DNA of 56,521 nt from Chromera velia. Its lineage: Eukaryota. The stretch's first letter is position 1, and every line of letters begins with the position of its first letter. Shown here piece by piece: positions 11,776 through 23,535 of this stretch. The translations under genes and the position numbers were made by a program. The notes under the pieces were generated by a model, which saw nothing but the letters and a program-made list of their open reading frames with translations, was not told the DNA's origin and did no database searches. The DNA lies in assembly GCA_018398765.1 (NCBI GenBank), contig JAHBMJ010000115.1, forward strand, positions 1 through 56,521, written 5' to 3'.

Positions 11776-12029
11776 TGCAGAGAAAAAAACGAAATGCTGC
11801 TAGCATGGAAATGAGTTTTGAAGGTCACGACGATCAAGGTCGTTTGATTCGATCATGACAATACTCATCACAAGGCATGCAGTACGGCACTCTGGAATAA
11901 GAACTCGTGCATGTGAACGACTTGCATCATAGTTGCAGGCTGATTGCCTTTATTTTTTGATCTGGAAAAGAAAGAGGGAGGGGGAGCCGTCGGATGGCGG
12001 TCAGAAAGGGATTGATTGCGTTTGTGAAT

Positions 12030-13202
12030 TTAGGGACGATGATGCATGCACGTGTCCCATTCCCAAGCTGCAGTGCTTTTCCCACTCTTCATGGATGTCT
12101 TTGCACTTTCTATCACATACACCTCAATCTCTGTTGGTGTGAAATTCTCAGCCATCCCTGCCGTGAGCACTTGCGGGCCTCTTCCCGTCGTGTTCTCAAA
12201 GTTCTCCCCAAATCTACTGTACGACTGTTAGTCATTCTCAAAACAGCAAATGTCATGGGTTCCGAAAGTGGGACCATCGGATGCTTTGTCGTAAATTGCT
12301 ACGTCACCTATCACGCGAAAACGCTGCGGCTCCAAGCCCAAAGAGCTGTGCAAAATAAATACTGATGCTGTGGAGTTGGCAACGCTGTTCGCTTTACGGC
12401 CCCAAGACACTCCGGTATATCCCCCAAACACATTGTCTCCTGTTTTGATCACCGTGACTGTCGGACCCTTCCCGTCAGCCCTCTCGTGGAAGGCGGAGGC
12501 GTTCATGCCGTCTCTCGTCCCTCTGTAAACAAGAGTCCATTCACCGGGATACCAGGAAGCTAGAAGACTTCTCTGGTCTGGAGAGAGAATAAGTGACTCC
12601 TCAGCAGTGAAATCTTTTAAGGGAAAACTATGGAGTCCCGCCTGTCTGAAAAAGTCGTTCATCTGCTTCGCTTTGAGGGCCACGTCCCTCTTCAGCTGTG
12701 TCAGCCTTGAGTCTTCCCCCATCGCCTTCTCTTCAAGGTCATACAGGGCTTTCTGAATTCTCTGCAAATTGTCAAGAAACTTCGAAAGCTCATTTTTGCC
12801 CGTCTCCGTCACCCCCCCCTTTCCATCGCGACAAAAATCACACAGAGACGCAGCTACCTTTTTGATCTCCTCGTTCAGCGTTTTGATTTCTTCCCAGGGG
12901 GAGGCCTTCCGGTTCAGAGACGGAATCAACTTTACAAAACCCTCAAAGTCATCACGCAGGACATCCGCAAATTTCCATTCGTCCACGAACTCGGAGATCT
13001 TTTGCACAGTCACGTACTCTTTGACTTCGGGACTAGCTTTGGGACGGAAGAGGTTGTCCCTCAGCCTGTCAACTTCCCACTCAGTCATTGCAGGCCATCG
13101 GACAGAGTAGGAGAACGTTCTTATTTCCTTTCTTGCTTCTATTCGCCCAAAAATACCCACATTCTTCTCGTAACAGGCGGAGATCTGTGCAGAGATGTCC
13201 AT
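12030..13202 (-). pseudogene. Coiled-coil + TLDc domain protein gene with one in-frame TAA at 12228-12230
   Basis: TLDc motifs WTLVYRGTRDG, FHERADGKGPTVTVIKT, VFGGY and GPTFG. After the stop the same frame continues QSYSRFGENF...ENFTPTEIEVY (TLDc C-terminal motif) to a TAA at 12030. Confidence 0.85.
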
Positions 13203-13684
13203 GATCACAGTCTGACGAGACGGCAGACTGACGAAAATGGTTCGGGAGATGTAAACGGCCTTCGCGTTGAAAGCTCTTACAAAAGGCGGTTCGGGTTTGT
13301 ATCCACAGTGCTGACGGAAGTCAGAGCCTGATGAGATTTAATGCGGGTCGTCTCGAATCTGTGATCGAAGCTCAAGTGATCATCCAAGCTGACGTCTCAT
13401 GTTCCGTCTCCGTCTCCTTTTGGGATAGCTCGGAAAAGCTCGGATGCTCGAGGCTTCCAGAATCGCGGAGACGCAATTTAGTGCGCATGCATGGCATTGC
13501 ATGCATTTGCATGCTCAGCGAATCTCATGCAGCGATGGTGCATGAGTCGAAGCACCTCCTTGTCAGCTTTGCATTCATGCTCCTTCTTGAACAACTCCTG
13601 ACGACTCCAGGACCAATGCGGGCTCTACTCAGTGTGTAGTTATGAAACGTGTGTTTCGCTTTGCCTTTTTTTCCTACAAAAATC

Positions 13685-16600
13685 ATGCCTCTTGTTCCTC
13701 TGACTGTAAAGTCCGCAGAAAGTCGCGGAAAGAAGCGCAGCTCTCTCGCGACCACTGCTCTGTTCGAAAAGGGGGCAACTGCAGAGGCGTGGATGCAATT
13801 TCTTCCTGGGTACGGTGTCGTGATTGCCTGTGTCTCCAAAGCCGCCAGTCAACAGGTGGTAGAGACGTTTGATGCCTGCGTGACTTCCGTCTCCACCCTC
13901 TTTCACTCTGTGTCTCTCCTGCGTTGGGGCGTGCATCTTCCTTCCATTCCTCTTGACTCTTTCTGGTTCTGTGTCGGCAAGCACGGCTGGACAGACCTGC
14001 TCGAGAGTGAAGTGATGTGCCTCCTCTCCGAAGAGGAACGAGTGAGATTTGCCTTCTGGCCGGGAATTCCGAATTTTCCCCGAGTTGCTGCCGACACCCC
14101 CCCTTCGCAGAGATTCGCCCTGAAGTGCGACAGGGCTCGGAGGGATCTGTGTCGGTACGGATACGTTTTGGGCCTCTGTGCGGGGGGTCACGTGAGCCGA
14201 CTGCAAACGCATTTTGAGTCGGAGGGTGTGCAGGGGTTCTTCCGTTTTTTCAATTGTGAGGCTGACATGGGGGTGTCGAGAAGTGATCGTCGCTCTTCTA
14301 AGTTGAGGGTGTCTAAGTTACTCGAGGCACCGGGTAGGGCATATGAGGAAACGCGTACCGAGTGGGAGATTCAGGAGTCTGCGTTCGTTTCCTTGCAACG
14401 CATGGCGCAGTTCAATAAGCACCTTGGTGTCCTGCGTTGGCTCACCTCTGTCTTGAAAGTGCCGAGGCTGAGCGTGCAGCTAGCAATGACCAGTGGTGGT
14501 TTGCTGTCATACACCGAAGCCGAGATACCAGGGCTCGCCGAGTGTGTGACATTCCTTGACTGGGACAGGCACCAGACAAATCCAGAAGATCACAAAGACA
14601 ACATGACGTGCGCTCTCCTCCTTGCCTTCTGGCTGCAGACAGGAAATATGGGGAGGCTTCTAGACAGGGGGTCAGGGATGCTTCAGAGGCTCACCAGGGC
14701 CCCGTTTGACCGATTCCTGATTCCTGAATTCTACAAATGTGCAGCTGCGGGGGGGAGAGAGACTTTCGATTTCCTTGTCAATGAGTGTCGGGCGATTTGG
14801 GTGTCTCGGAACCCTGCAGAGACGCTCATCCCCCCCCCTCCTATGACCAGTGAGCAGGAAGAAAGCTTTGCAGAAGCCACAGGCCTGCCTGCACCCCCCC
14901 CTCCCCTGGTCGTTCAAAACCTCTTTCCCTTTCATGGTTCCGCACCCTCCCCGTTCGACTTGTTCAGAGGCAACTTCCCCGATGTCCTCCATTTCTGTGC
15001 TGCCGAGGTCTGACTGAGCGGTTGCAAGAGTGGTGGGAAGCAGTCCGGCCATACGTGCACGTGCACGACCGCAGACTGCGGTTGGACGAGGTGTTAGAGA
15101 CTGCAGTGCACTGCGGTCGCATCGAGGTGTTGGAGTGGGCACGTGATGTCTTCATGCCCTCTCTTCCCCCCAAAGCCCCCCCCCTTTCCCCCAACAGCAA
15201 GACCGCCTATGAGGCCGGCCTGCACCAACTCGGCATGCAGGGGGTGGTTCTGCCATTCGACCAAATGCACCAGCACTTCGTCTTGCATTCCAGACACCTC
15301 CGAAGCCAACCGCCCCCCCTGTTCACGTACAGAGCGCTGCAGATTGCAATATGGCGTGGAGACCTCGAGCTGGTCAGGTGGATTTGTGAGGAGATCGGGG
15401 TGAATCAGTTGGGCGGGGAGAGGTGGGGAGCGGATGAAGCTGAGGCTGTGGATACATTGGCAATGAGCCCTCAACAGGAAATGGAATACTATACAGAGAG
15501 GCGAGGTTTTGTCTCGCTTGCACAACACCCCCACCATAACGTGAAAGTTCTGCGTTATCTAATGTCCTCCTCGCACGCACGTCCCCTGTTTAGAGCGTCA
15601 GCTGAGGGGCAGACTCAGGCTGATGTGGCGTTAAGAGACCTTTGTGATTTCCTCCGCTGGGGAAACGTGACAGGCCTCCGTGTTTTTGAGGAATTGGCAG
15701 GGGACTGCTACGGGCTTTCCGAGGGGGAGGTGGAGGCACTCTGGGGTCGGGTGGTGAGGGCAGGTCTGTCAAGTGAGCAGGCACCTTTGGTGGGGTGGCC
15801 GGCTGGAGATTCTGGGTGGTTCTCCGCAAATTTGGTGCCGTGTCTGATTCAGGCAGTCGCCCTGGCAGCACAGACAGACACGTGGCCTTGCGAGTTCAAC
15901 GAAAAGTTTTTCGCAGACACACCACCAGTAGGAAGGGAACAACGCTTGGCTGTTTATGAGGTGGCGAATGCATACCTCTTTGAGTTGGGGACAAGCTCTT
16001 GGAATGCCATGCGGTGCTGTGCCGCTTTACGTTTTGCGCTGTCCGCAGCTCGCCACGGAGATCCGCAGTCGTATGTACCTCTAGGCAACAATAAGCCTTA
16101 TCCCTATTTCGGCCTACGGTCAATTGCCAGAGACTGGGATGAGCACATCGTCAGGGGGAGGCACAGCGATCCTGAAGAGCCCTTCTTTTTCAGCTGGTTG
16201 AGCTTTTGGAGAAGGAGGCTCGACGAGCGTATGTCCATTCTCCGCACAGTCACGGAGAGAGCGACGAAGCTGGGGGTGTTGGATGGAATGATTGAGGGGG
16301 CGGTAGGTCACCTCGGGTTTGTGATTCGGAAGACGGGCCTGTGGGAGCTGTCAGACCTGTACGATCTCTGGCGAGGCAGCTGTCCGGGCTCTCGAGAGCT
16401 TGACTGTCTCGTACCCAGCCTCCCCCTAGAGGCCGTCCTCGACCCCTCAGACCCCCGCACAGAGTGGGCCCTGGCCAGACAGATGCAGAGTTTCCGAAAG
16501 TACAAAAAGAAAAAAGAGAGGGAAGAGAGAGTGGGCAGAGTTCTCGGAGTCATTCCGGGGGGGCCTGCACTCCAGGGTCTCCTCTTTGGAGGGGAAGACG

Positions 16601-16734
16601 TGGAGACCCACTGGGGGACTCGTCTGGAGGTGGAAAGTTTCAGCGCGCAAGTCCAGGCGCAAGTCAGCGCGGATGAAAGGGCTGCAGGGGAGGTGGGGAG
16701 AGAGAAGAAAAGCTGTGTTGGTTTCTTTTGGTAA
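13685..16734 (+). pseudogene. ~1,016 aa ankyrin-like repeat protein (possible N-terminal F-box-like motif) split by a 1 nt frameshift near 15005
   Basis: Two long consecutive ORFs. Ankyrin-like units CAAAGGRETFDFL, TAVHCGRIEVLEW and IAIWRGDLELVRW. Adding one C at ~15004 fuses them through another unit, LHFCAARGLTERLQEW. Confidence 0.7.
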
Positions 16735-19420
16735 TGTCACTGTAGTGAATCCGTGATCTAGCACTAAAGTCCAGGTCGTACCATCCAAGGCATTTGCACT
16801 GGCAGATAGACCTACCTGAACAAGTAATTCAACTTGAAAACTAGCTGAAAAGTTGTCTGAAAATTTGGCAAACGTCACAGCAAACTTCTAAATTATATGT
16901 GTGCAGAGTTACTATGCTAGGGTGGTACGTAGCAAATTCAATTATAAGTAATAAATGATTTGGTGTTAATTATTAATAACTACAATTATTATATATCTTC
17001 TTATGAATTTTTAATTCTATTTTCGGCGACAGTGCTCTAAGGCACCACTAAATCACAGTTTAATCACTTATCTTAATAATTAATCTAGTAATTGATTGAT
17101 TGATTATACTCTTACTAATAGTAATCCTAATCCTAAAATATTTTAAAATCTATTCATGCCAAAAGTCAGTCTAGGACTCAGACTGGGAGTTAGAAATCAT
17201 TATGAACCTATAGGCCTTCAAGTTGCACTTCAGAGGCCATAAATAAATTGCTTTTAAAAAAGTTTTCTTCTATATAAGTTTCTATAGGTTTCCCCAATTC
17301 TCATCTTTCTAGTTAACCGTTTCTAATTATCTTTTTTTTTTAATTAATTCAAGGTGTGGAGCCGAAAGCCAACTTGAATTAGTATGGTTCATGATGTTGT
17401 GGAAGTACGTGTTACCCTAGGTATTGCCCCTACTTTCCCTCTCTTTAGCCACTGCATCCGCATTCTCGGCTCCGAATGCAGAGCTGGTGCCCCAATCCAC
17501 GTTTCCCTCCTATCTCTTAGGGGCCATGGCGCCTTTTCTTTCCTTAGCGAATGCAAAGGTGTTTTAGAGTTTTTTTCTGTTGGTAACTTCCTTGCCTGCA
17601 TGAACCTTGCACAGAGTCTTTGAAAAATTACTGGGTTGACGATTTCTGCAAATGCTTCCTCATTAATTATCCGACTCATAACTTCCAAGGAGCCCCCCCC
17701 TGAGAGAACCCCGAGTCCTGCTGCAGAAAAGCTTCCAGTGAATCTACATGCACCACAGGGAGATGCACTAGGCGTTCACAGTTCGAATTAGAACATAAGA
17801 GAGGAGAGGAGAAAGGGACCACAGGGATGAGAACAGTGTCACAAGCGAGGTTACGAGCACTCAACAAGAAGGGGGCACGACGGGGCATCGCTCGTCTTCT
17901 CTGAGTGGCTCCTGATATTGCAAAAGGACACGCTATTCTACGTTATTCATGGCTATATAACGGTCTACTTTAGGCTCTACAGCTAGATTCTACAGTGTTC
18001 AGAAGCAATGCAAAAACTCTCTAAGGCTCTGGCTTGGTTTCGAAAAAGAGAGAAATGATTTAAAAGTTTCATCCCCACAAAGAGTACCAAAAGTTTCATG
18101 CTGTCTTCCTTTTCTGCCAATCACCTCACAGGTGCTTCTTGTACTGACCTCGATCATTAAATATTGTTGCCCCCGAAGAGCAAACCCGAATCCCTTGTCC
18201 GCAGTCTCCGAAGTCAGGCAAGCCGGTGCACTTTACAGTGCTCCGAGGGGTATGAAGGGGCATGGTAGAGCGGCTGCATAGAGCGGAACAACAGAGGTGA
18301 CACAAAAGAGGGCAACAAGTCATTGTATTTCTATGTATTTCCCTCCTCTATTGATTTTTTCCCCTTCTTTCTGCATGTACTAGCTCAAAATGTCTATCGG
18401 ACACCCAAAGGAGCAGCCTCACACTTTTATATACTTTCATAAAAAAAACAGGACAGTCAGACAGCTGGCAAGCCATTCAGAAGAATATAAATTGTATGAC
18501 ATTGTTAATATATTCACCGCTTAGCTGTATAATCGAACGAATCAGAGATACCCAAGTCTTTCTTTAATATTCTTACAAAGAAAGTCTTGAACGCAGCGGA
18601 TCGACTGAAGGATGGGGGACTCGCCGTTATTCACGACATTGCAAAACTCATCCAGCGAGAACACTAAAAAGCCTGCCTCAATCCCTTGGAGCTTTCTGAG
18701 AAGCTTCTTATCCCTGGTCACTACAACCACTCGGCGTTGGTGGCGCTGAGCCCACTATCGCAGCGTATCAGCGCACAGCTCGATACGTACGTCGGATCCC
18801 GTGGAGTCTGTCGCAAGTCCGTACTTTGCGACGTTTTCCGCATCCTCGCTCGCAGACTGATCTACAATAAAATAGTACCTGGAAGAAACATTGAAAAAGA
18901 GATTCAAACACACAGCAGTTAAACAGAGTCAGAAAACATGTGCAGTAAGTATTGTGCATAGGTTTTTTTTGCTCTCTTTTCTTCCCAATAACTCACAGGG
19001 GCTCAATCGTAGATTTGCCCACACCAGAAAAAAGAGAGAGAGGTTAATTGGGGGGTGTGCAGGAAGGGGCAAAGACCAATATTAATAAATAAATCGGCGG
19101 ACAGACAAACAGACAGGCAAACAGACAGGCAAGCAGGCAGGCAGACAGACAAACAGGCAGGTGAACAGAGAGGCATCAGGCAGTATGACAAGCAAGCAGC
19201 AAGATAGGTAGACAAGCAGACAGACGGCCAGACAGATAAGCAGACAAACAGACAGATAGGCAGACAGGCAGACAGACAGTCAGACAGACAAACAAACAGA
19301 CAGACGGGCAAACAAACAGACAGACAAACAGATAGACAGACAAACAGACAGACAGACAAACAGACAGAAAGACAAGCAGACAGACAGGCAAGAACTATAG
19401 TCAGGTAGGCATGGAGGAAA

Positions 19421-19509
19421 TCCTCTGTTGGGCTCGAACCCACGTACAAGACCACAACTTGGTCCATAAGGCCGAGAGCCTTACACTCTAAAACTTGAGT
19501 TAAGAGGGC
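19421..19509 (-). pseudogene. tRNA-Lys(CTT)-like relic, copy 1 (16 nt longer than copy 3)
   Basis: GCCCTCTTAACTCAAG...AAGGCTCTCGGCCTT...GTGGGTTCGAGCCC with intact B-box; anticodon loop degenerate. Confidence 0.6.
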
Positions 19510-19914
19510 GAGGAGACTTTACAGTCAGTCAGTCAGTGAGTTAGTACATACCAGCGAAAGCAAAGACAAAGGGCACAGAGAACAAGGAATTAACCATTGA
19601 ATATATTATTTGTATGTTAACCTCAAAAGCAAAAAGACATTTCTCTGAGTCAAAGTCCGAACCTCAATTTTCCCCTGCAACCGATTCTTAGACTATTCTT
19701 CATTCCTCAAACGGCTAGAATTAATTGGCTCCTATGCAAACTGATCTCTTTTTTCTCTTTCTGCTCTCCTCTCCTCTTCTGGTGCCTCTCTTGGCCTCCT
19801 CTTCCTCCTCCTTCTTCTCTTTCTCTACCTCCTCCTCACCTTTTCCCTTCTCCTCTGCTGTCCTCTCCTGCATGCATGCATAAACGTTTATACTTGTAGT
19901 GAGTGAGTTGGCCA

Positions 19915-20072
19915 GCAAGTCAGTCAATCAGCCAGTCAGTCAGCCAGCCAGCCAGCCAGTCAGTCAGTCAGTCAGTCAGTCAGTCAGTTAGTCAGTCAGT
20001 CAGTCAGTCAGTCAGTCGGTCAGTCAATCAGTCAGTCAGTCAGTCAGTCAGTCAGTCAGTCAGTCAGTCAGC
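19915..20072. repeat. (CAGT)n microsatellite, much shorter in the unit 2 copy
   Basis: Direct inspection. Confidence 0.9.
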
Positions 20073-21423
20073 CACTTGATCTCTTTATCATTCACTCACT
20101 CTGTCTTGCAAGCAATCGGTCGGTTCGGCTCTCTGACCGTCCGTATATGTCTCTGTCTCTGAGTCAATTAATTTATCTATATAGCTGTGGATATAATCAG
20201 GGACACGCACATGTAGACGATAATAGAACTGTGGCATAACAGCAGGCACAAAAGGAATTTCCTACGGATAACAGCACGTATAGCAGCCAGGCATGCATTT
20301 AGAGAAGGTCTCTTGAGCATTCAGGGGAAGAAATATGGAAAACCATAACAGCTAGGGGCCGAAGGTGCTTGAAAAAGAAGACAGCCAGCAGAGGATGATC
20401 ATACAGACAGAATTTAAGGAAATAGAGAATCAATCCACAAAGGGACATTTGTTCATCCGTTTATGATTTTTTCCCCTTCCTAGTTCCCCTTCTTTCTGTA
20501 CCTTCAAATGTCTATCGGACACCTAAAAGAGGAGCCTCACACTTTCATAAAAAAAAGCAGGACAGTCAGGCAGCTAGCAGGCCATTCAGAAGAATGTAAA
20601 TCGTATATTAATATATTCACCGTTTGGCTGTATAATTGAATAAATCAGAAATACCTAAGTCTTTCTTTAATTAATTCTCACAAAGAAAGTTTTGAATGCA
20701 GCGATCGACTAACGGTTGGGGGACTCGCCGTTATTCACGACATTGCAAAACTCATCCAGCGAGAACACTAAAAAGCCTGCCTCAATCCCTTGGAGCTTTC
20801 TGAGAAGCTTCTCGTCCCTGGTCACTACAACCACTCGGCGTTGGTGGTGCTGAGCCCACTGTCGCAGCGCATCAGTGCACAGCTCGATGCGTGCGTTGGA
20901 TTTTGTAGAGTCTGCCGCAAGTCTGTACTTTGCAACGTTTTCCGCATCCTCGCTCGCGGACTGATCTATAACAAAATGGTACCTGGAAGAAACATTGAAA
21001 AAGAGATTCAAACACACAGCAGTTAAACAGAGTCAGAAAACATGCGCAGTGAGTATTGTGCATAGGTTTTTTTTGCTCTCTTTTCTTCCCAATAACTCAT
21101 AGGGGCTCAATCGTAGATTTGCTCACACCAGAAAAGAGAGAGAGAGGTTAATTGGGGGGTGTGCAGGAAGAGGCAAAGACCAATATTAATAAATAAATCG
21201 GCGGACGGACAAACAGACAGGCAAACAGACAGGCAAGCAGGTAGGCAGGCAGACAGACAAACAGGCAGGCGAACAGAGAGGTATCAGACAGTATGACAAG
21301 CAAGCAGCAAGATAGGTAGACAAGCAGACAGACGGCCAGACAGACAAGCAGACAAACAGACAGATAGGCAGACAGGCAGACAGACAGTCAGACAGACAAA
21401 CAAACAGACAGACAGGCAAACAA

Positions 21424-21476
<53 letters not shown>

Positions 21477-21528
21477 AAGATAAGCAGACAGACAGGCAAG
21501 AACTATAGTCAGGTAGGCATGGAGGAAA

Positions 21529-21617
21529 TCCTCTGTTGGGCTCAAACCCATGTACAAGACCACAACTTGGTCCATAAGGCCGAGAGCCTTGCACTCTAAA
21601 ACTTGAGTTAAGAGGGC
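21529..21617 (-). pseudogene. tRNA-Lys(CTT)-like relic, copy 2
   Basis: Homologous to copy 1; B-box decayed to GGTTTGAGCCC. Confidence 0.55.
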
Positions 21618-23097
21618 GAGGAGACTTTACAGTCAGTCAGTCAGTGAATCAGTACATACCAGCAAGAGCAGAGACAAGGGGTACAGGGAACAAGGAATTA
21701 ACCATTGAATATATTATTTGTACGTTAACCTCAAAAGTAAAAAGACATTTCTCTGAGTCAAACTCTAAACCTCAATTTTCCCCTACAACCGATTCTTAGA
21801 CTATTCTTCATTCCTCAAACGGCCATATTTAATTAGCCCCCATGCAGACTGACCTCTTCTTTCTCTTCTCCGCTCTCTTCTCCTCTTCTGGTGCCTCTCT
21901 TGGCCTCCTCTTCCTCCTCCTCCTTCTCTTCCTCTGCCTCTTCCTCACCTTTTCCCTTCTCCTCTGCTGTCCTCTCTTGCATACATACATGAACGTTTGT
22001 GCTTGTAGTAAGTGAGTTGGCCAGCAAGTCAGTCAATCAGCCAGTCAGTCAGCCAGCCAGCCAGTCAGACTGAGTCAGTCAGTCGGCCACTCGATCTCTT
22101 TGTTCTTCACTCACTCCGCCTTGCAAGCAATCGGTTGGTTCGGCTTTGAAATTCTGACCATCCGTATATATTTCTGTCTCCGAGTCAATTAATTCATCTG
22201 TATAGCTGTGGATATAATCAGGGACATGCACATGTAGACGATAATAGAACTGTGGCATACCAGCAGGCACAAAAGGAATTCCCTACGGATAACAGCATGT
22301 ATAGCAGCCAGGCATGTATTTAGAGAAGGTCTCTTGAACATTCAGGGGAAGAAATATGGAGAACCACGACAGCTAGGGGCTGAAGGTACTTGAAGGAGAA
22401 GACAGCCAGCAGAGGATGATCATATAGACAGAATTTAGGGAAATAGAGAATCAATCCACAAAGGGACATTTGTTCATCCGTTCATGATTTTTTCCCCTTC
22501 TTTCTGTACCTTTAAATGTCTATCGGACACCTAAAAGAGGAGCCTCACACTTTCATCTAAAAAAGCAGGACAGTCAGGCAGCTAGCAGGCCATTCAGAAG
22601 AATATAAATCATATATTAATATATTTATCGCTTTGCTGTATAATCGAACGAATCAGAGATACCCAAGTCTTTTTTTAATAATTTTTCAAAGAAAGTCTTG
22701 AATACAGCGGATCGACTGAAGGATAGGGGACTCGCCGATATTCACGACATTGCAAAACTCATCCAGCGAGAACACCATACAAGAAGCCTGCCTCAATCCC
22801 TTGGAGCTTCTTGAGAAGCTTCTCATCCCTGGTCACTACAACCACTCGGCGCTGGTGGCACTGAGCCCACTATCGCAGCGTATTAGCGCACTGCTCGATG
22901 CGTGCGTCGGATCCTCGCTTGCAGACTGATCTACAATAAAATGGTACCTGGAAGAAACATTGAAAAAAAGATTCAAACATACAGCAGTTAAACAGCGTCA
23001 GAAAATATGTGCAGTGAGTACTGTGCGTAGGTTTTTTTTGCTCTCTTTTCTTCCCAATGACTCACAGGGGCTCAATCGCAGATTCGCCCACACCGGA

Positions 23098-23136
<39 letters not shown>

Positions 23137-23142
23137 TTGGGG

Positions 23143-23174
23143 NNNNNNNNNNNNNNNNNNNNNNNNNNNNNNNN
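23143..23174. other. Assembly gap (N run) within a poly-G tract
   Basis: 32 Ns flanked by G runs. Confidence 0.99.
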
Positions 23175-23346
23175 GGGGGGGGGGGAGAGGGGGCCAAGAC
23201 CAATAAACAAATCGGCGGACAGACAAACAGACAGGCAAACAGACAGGCATCAGGCGGTCAGACAAGTAAGCAGCAAGACAGGTAGGTAGGCAGACAGGCG
23301 GCCAGACAGACAAGCAGATAAACAGACAGACAGGCAGACAGATAAT

Positions 23347-23377
<31 letters not shown>

Positions 23378-23462
23378 GCAAACAAACAGACAGACAGACA
23401 AACAGACAGAAAGATAAGCAAACAGACAGGCAGGATCTATAGTCAGGTAGGCACGGAGGAAA

Positions 23463-23535
23463 TCCTCTGTTAGGCTCAAACCTACACGACCATAAGGCCG
23501 AGAGCCTTGCACTGTACCACTTGAGTTAGGAGGGC
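23463..23535 (-). pseudogene. tRNA-Lys(CTT)-like relic, copy 3 (73 nt)
   Basis: GCCCTCCTAACTCAAGTGGTACAGTGCAAGGCTCTCGGCCTTATGGTCGTGTAGGTTTGAGCCTAACAGAGGA is colinear with the eukaryotic tRNA-Lys pattern TAGCTCAG.TGGTAGAGCGCAAGGCTCTTAACCTTGTGGTCGTGGGTTCGAGCCCCAC (recalled from memory). Confidence 0.65.

Larger units (their letters stand above)
17389..23535 (-). pseudogene. Decayed multi-exon gene with PIN-like ribonuclease exon(s) followed by Cys/His zinc-binding exons
   Basis: Exon after TTCTTCCAG reads YYFIVDQSASEDAE...GSDVRIELCADTLR(Q/*)WAQRHQRRVVVVTRDKKLLRKLQGIEAGFLVFSLDEF, matching the C-terminal half of a PIN fold. Downstream exons at ~18130-18273 (C...DRGQYKKHL) and ~17390-17911 (CDTVL...CSNSNC). 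Stops and damaged splice sites present. Confidence 0.55.
18352..23535. repeat. Tandem triplication: units ~18352-20463, ~20464-22484 and partial ~22485-23535
   Basis: Each unit starts TGATTTTTTCCCCTTC...TGTCTATCGGACAC and shares the PIN exon, the (CAGA/CAAA)n tract and the tRNA-like segment; units 1 and 2 also share the (CAGT)n tract and an E/K-rich exon. Confidence 0.95.

Noticed and set aside
12228..12230. Genome-wide TAA->Gln reassignment
   Set aside because: The ~5,000-codon gene has no in-frame TAA or TAG, and TAA/TAG terminate other genes in the window
19003..23512. CLSV-repeat ORFs
   Set aside because: Translations of (TCTG)n intronic microsatellites
19421..23535. Functional tRNA genes
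   Set aside because: The anticodon loop, acceptor pairing and (in two copies) the T-loop are degenerate
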